From NCBI GenBank assembly GCA_019358935.1, contig JAHHIK010000002.1:32001-96000 (forward strand): 64,000 nt of DNA, read 5' to 3'. The notes beneath the pieces are model-generated. The model was given only the letters and a program-made list of their open reading frames with translations, had not been told where the DNA came from and did no database searches. Position numbers and translations under genes: made by a program. Position 1 is the stretch's first letter; each line of letters opens with the position of its first letter. Source of the DNA: Tolypothrix carrinoi HA7290-LM1 (lineage in GTDB: Bacteria > Cyanobacteriota > Cyanobacteriia > Cyanobacteriales > Nostocaceae). This document shows, piece after piece, positions 63,754 to 64,000 of the stretch.

Positions 63754-64000
63754 TAACGCACCAAAGATCATTGATGGTGCGTTGCGTTGCACAACACCAC
63801 CCTACTGCCGTTTAATTCTTTTCTATAAATATATTGACACTGCAAGGAAGCAACTTTTGCAGTCACGCTAGTAGGGTGCGTTATGGACGTAACGTTTTAA
63901 CGCACCAAAGATCATTGATGGTGCGTTGCGTTGCACAACACCACCCTACTGCCGCTTAATTCTTTTCTATAAATATGTTGACACTGCAAGGAAGCAACTT
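63754..64000. repeat. 144-bp-period direct repeat built from GTAGGGTGCGTT/AACGCACC palindromes
   Basis: 63754-63856 matches 63898-64000 with 2 mismatches; runs to the window edge. Confidence 0.85.

Noticed and set aside
63754..64000. Possible CRISPR array
   Set aside because: The repeat is over 100 bp, only two copies are visible, and there is no repeat-spacer pattern.

Overview
Chromosomal window from a heterocyst-forming cyanobacterium (Nostocales-like). This is inferred from very frequent HIP1 GCGATCGC octamers, STRR heptamer tracts, raf1, chlB, a PatA-family regulator and a HEP-island-like glycosylation cluster. The backbone is housekeeping: murA, two tRNA-Leu genes, a TrmH-family methyltransferase, raf1, a UvrD-like helicase, rpmI-rplT, chlB, a mannose-1-P guanylyltransferase/phosphomannomutase fusion, an SSB, ABC ATPases and pheT. 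Two accessory pockets (about 20.9-24.4 kb and 36.7-38.3 kb) contain intact and decayed type II toxin-antitoxin modules, often with HIP1 sites at their junctions. The most unusual signal is a pair of transposase-less IS200/IS605-type elements that share ends (TCAA|CAAGAAGG ... TCAC|). One is a 191-bp insertion whose removal restores a host reading frame. The other is a 643-bp element carrying only a small ribbon-helix-helix gene and a divergent, probably structured ~340-nt non-coding region ending in an omegaRNA-like right end. The 3' third holds a vWA-PP2C-kinase (TerY-P/YegLKI-like) triad with a TPR-fused kinase, directly ahead of a heterocyst-envelope-polysaccharide-type cluster that probably continues beyond the window. 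All assignments come from reading motifs and recalled family knowledge; no database searches were run.
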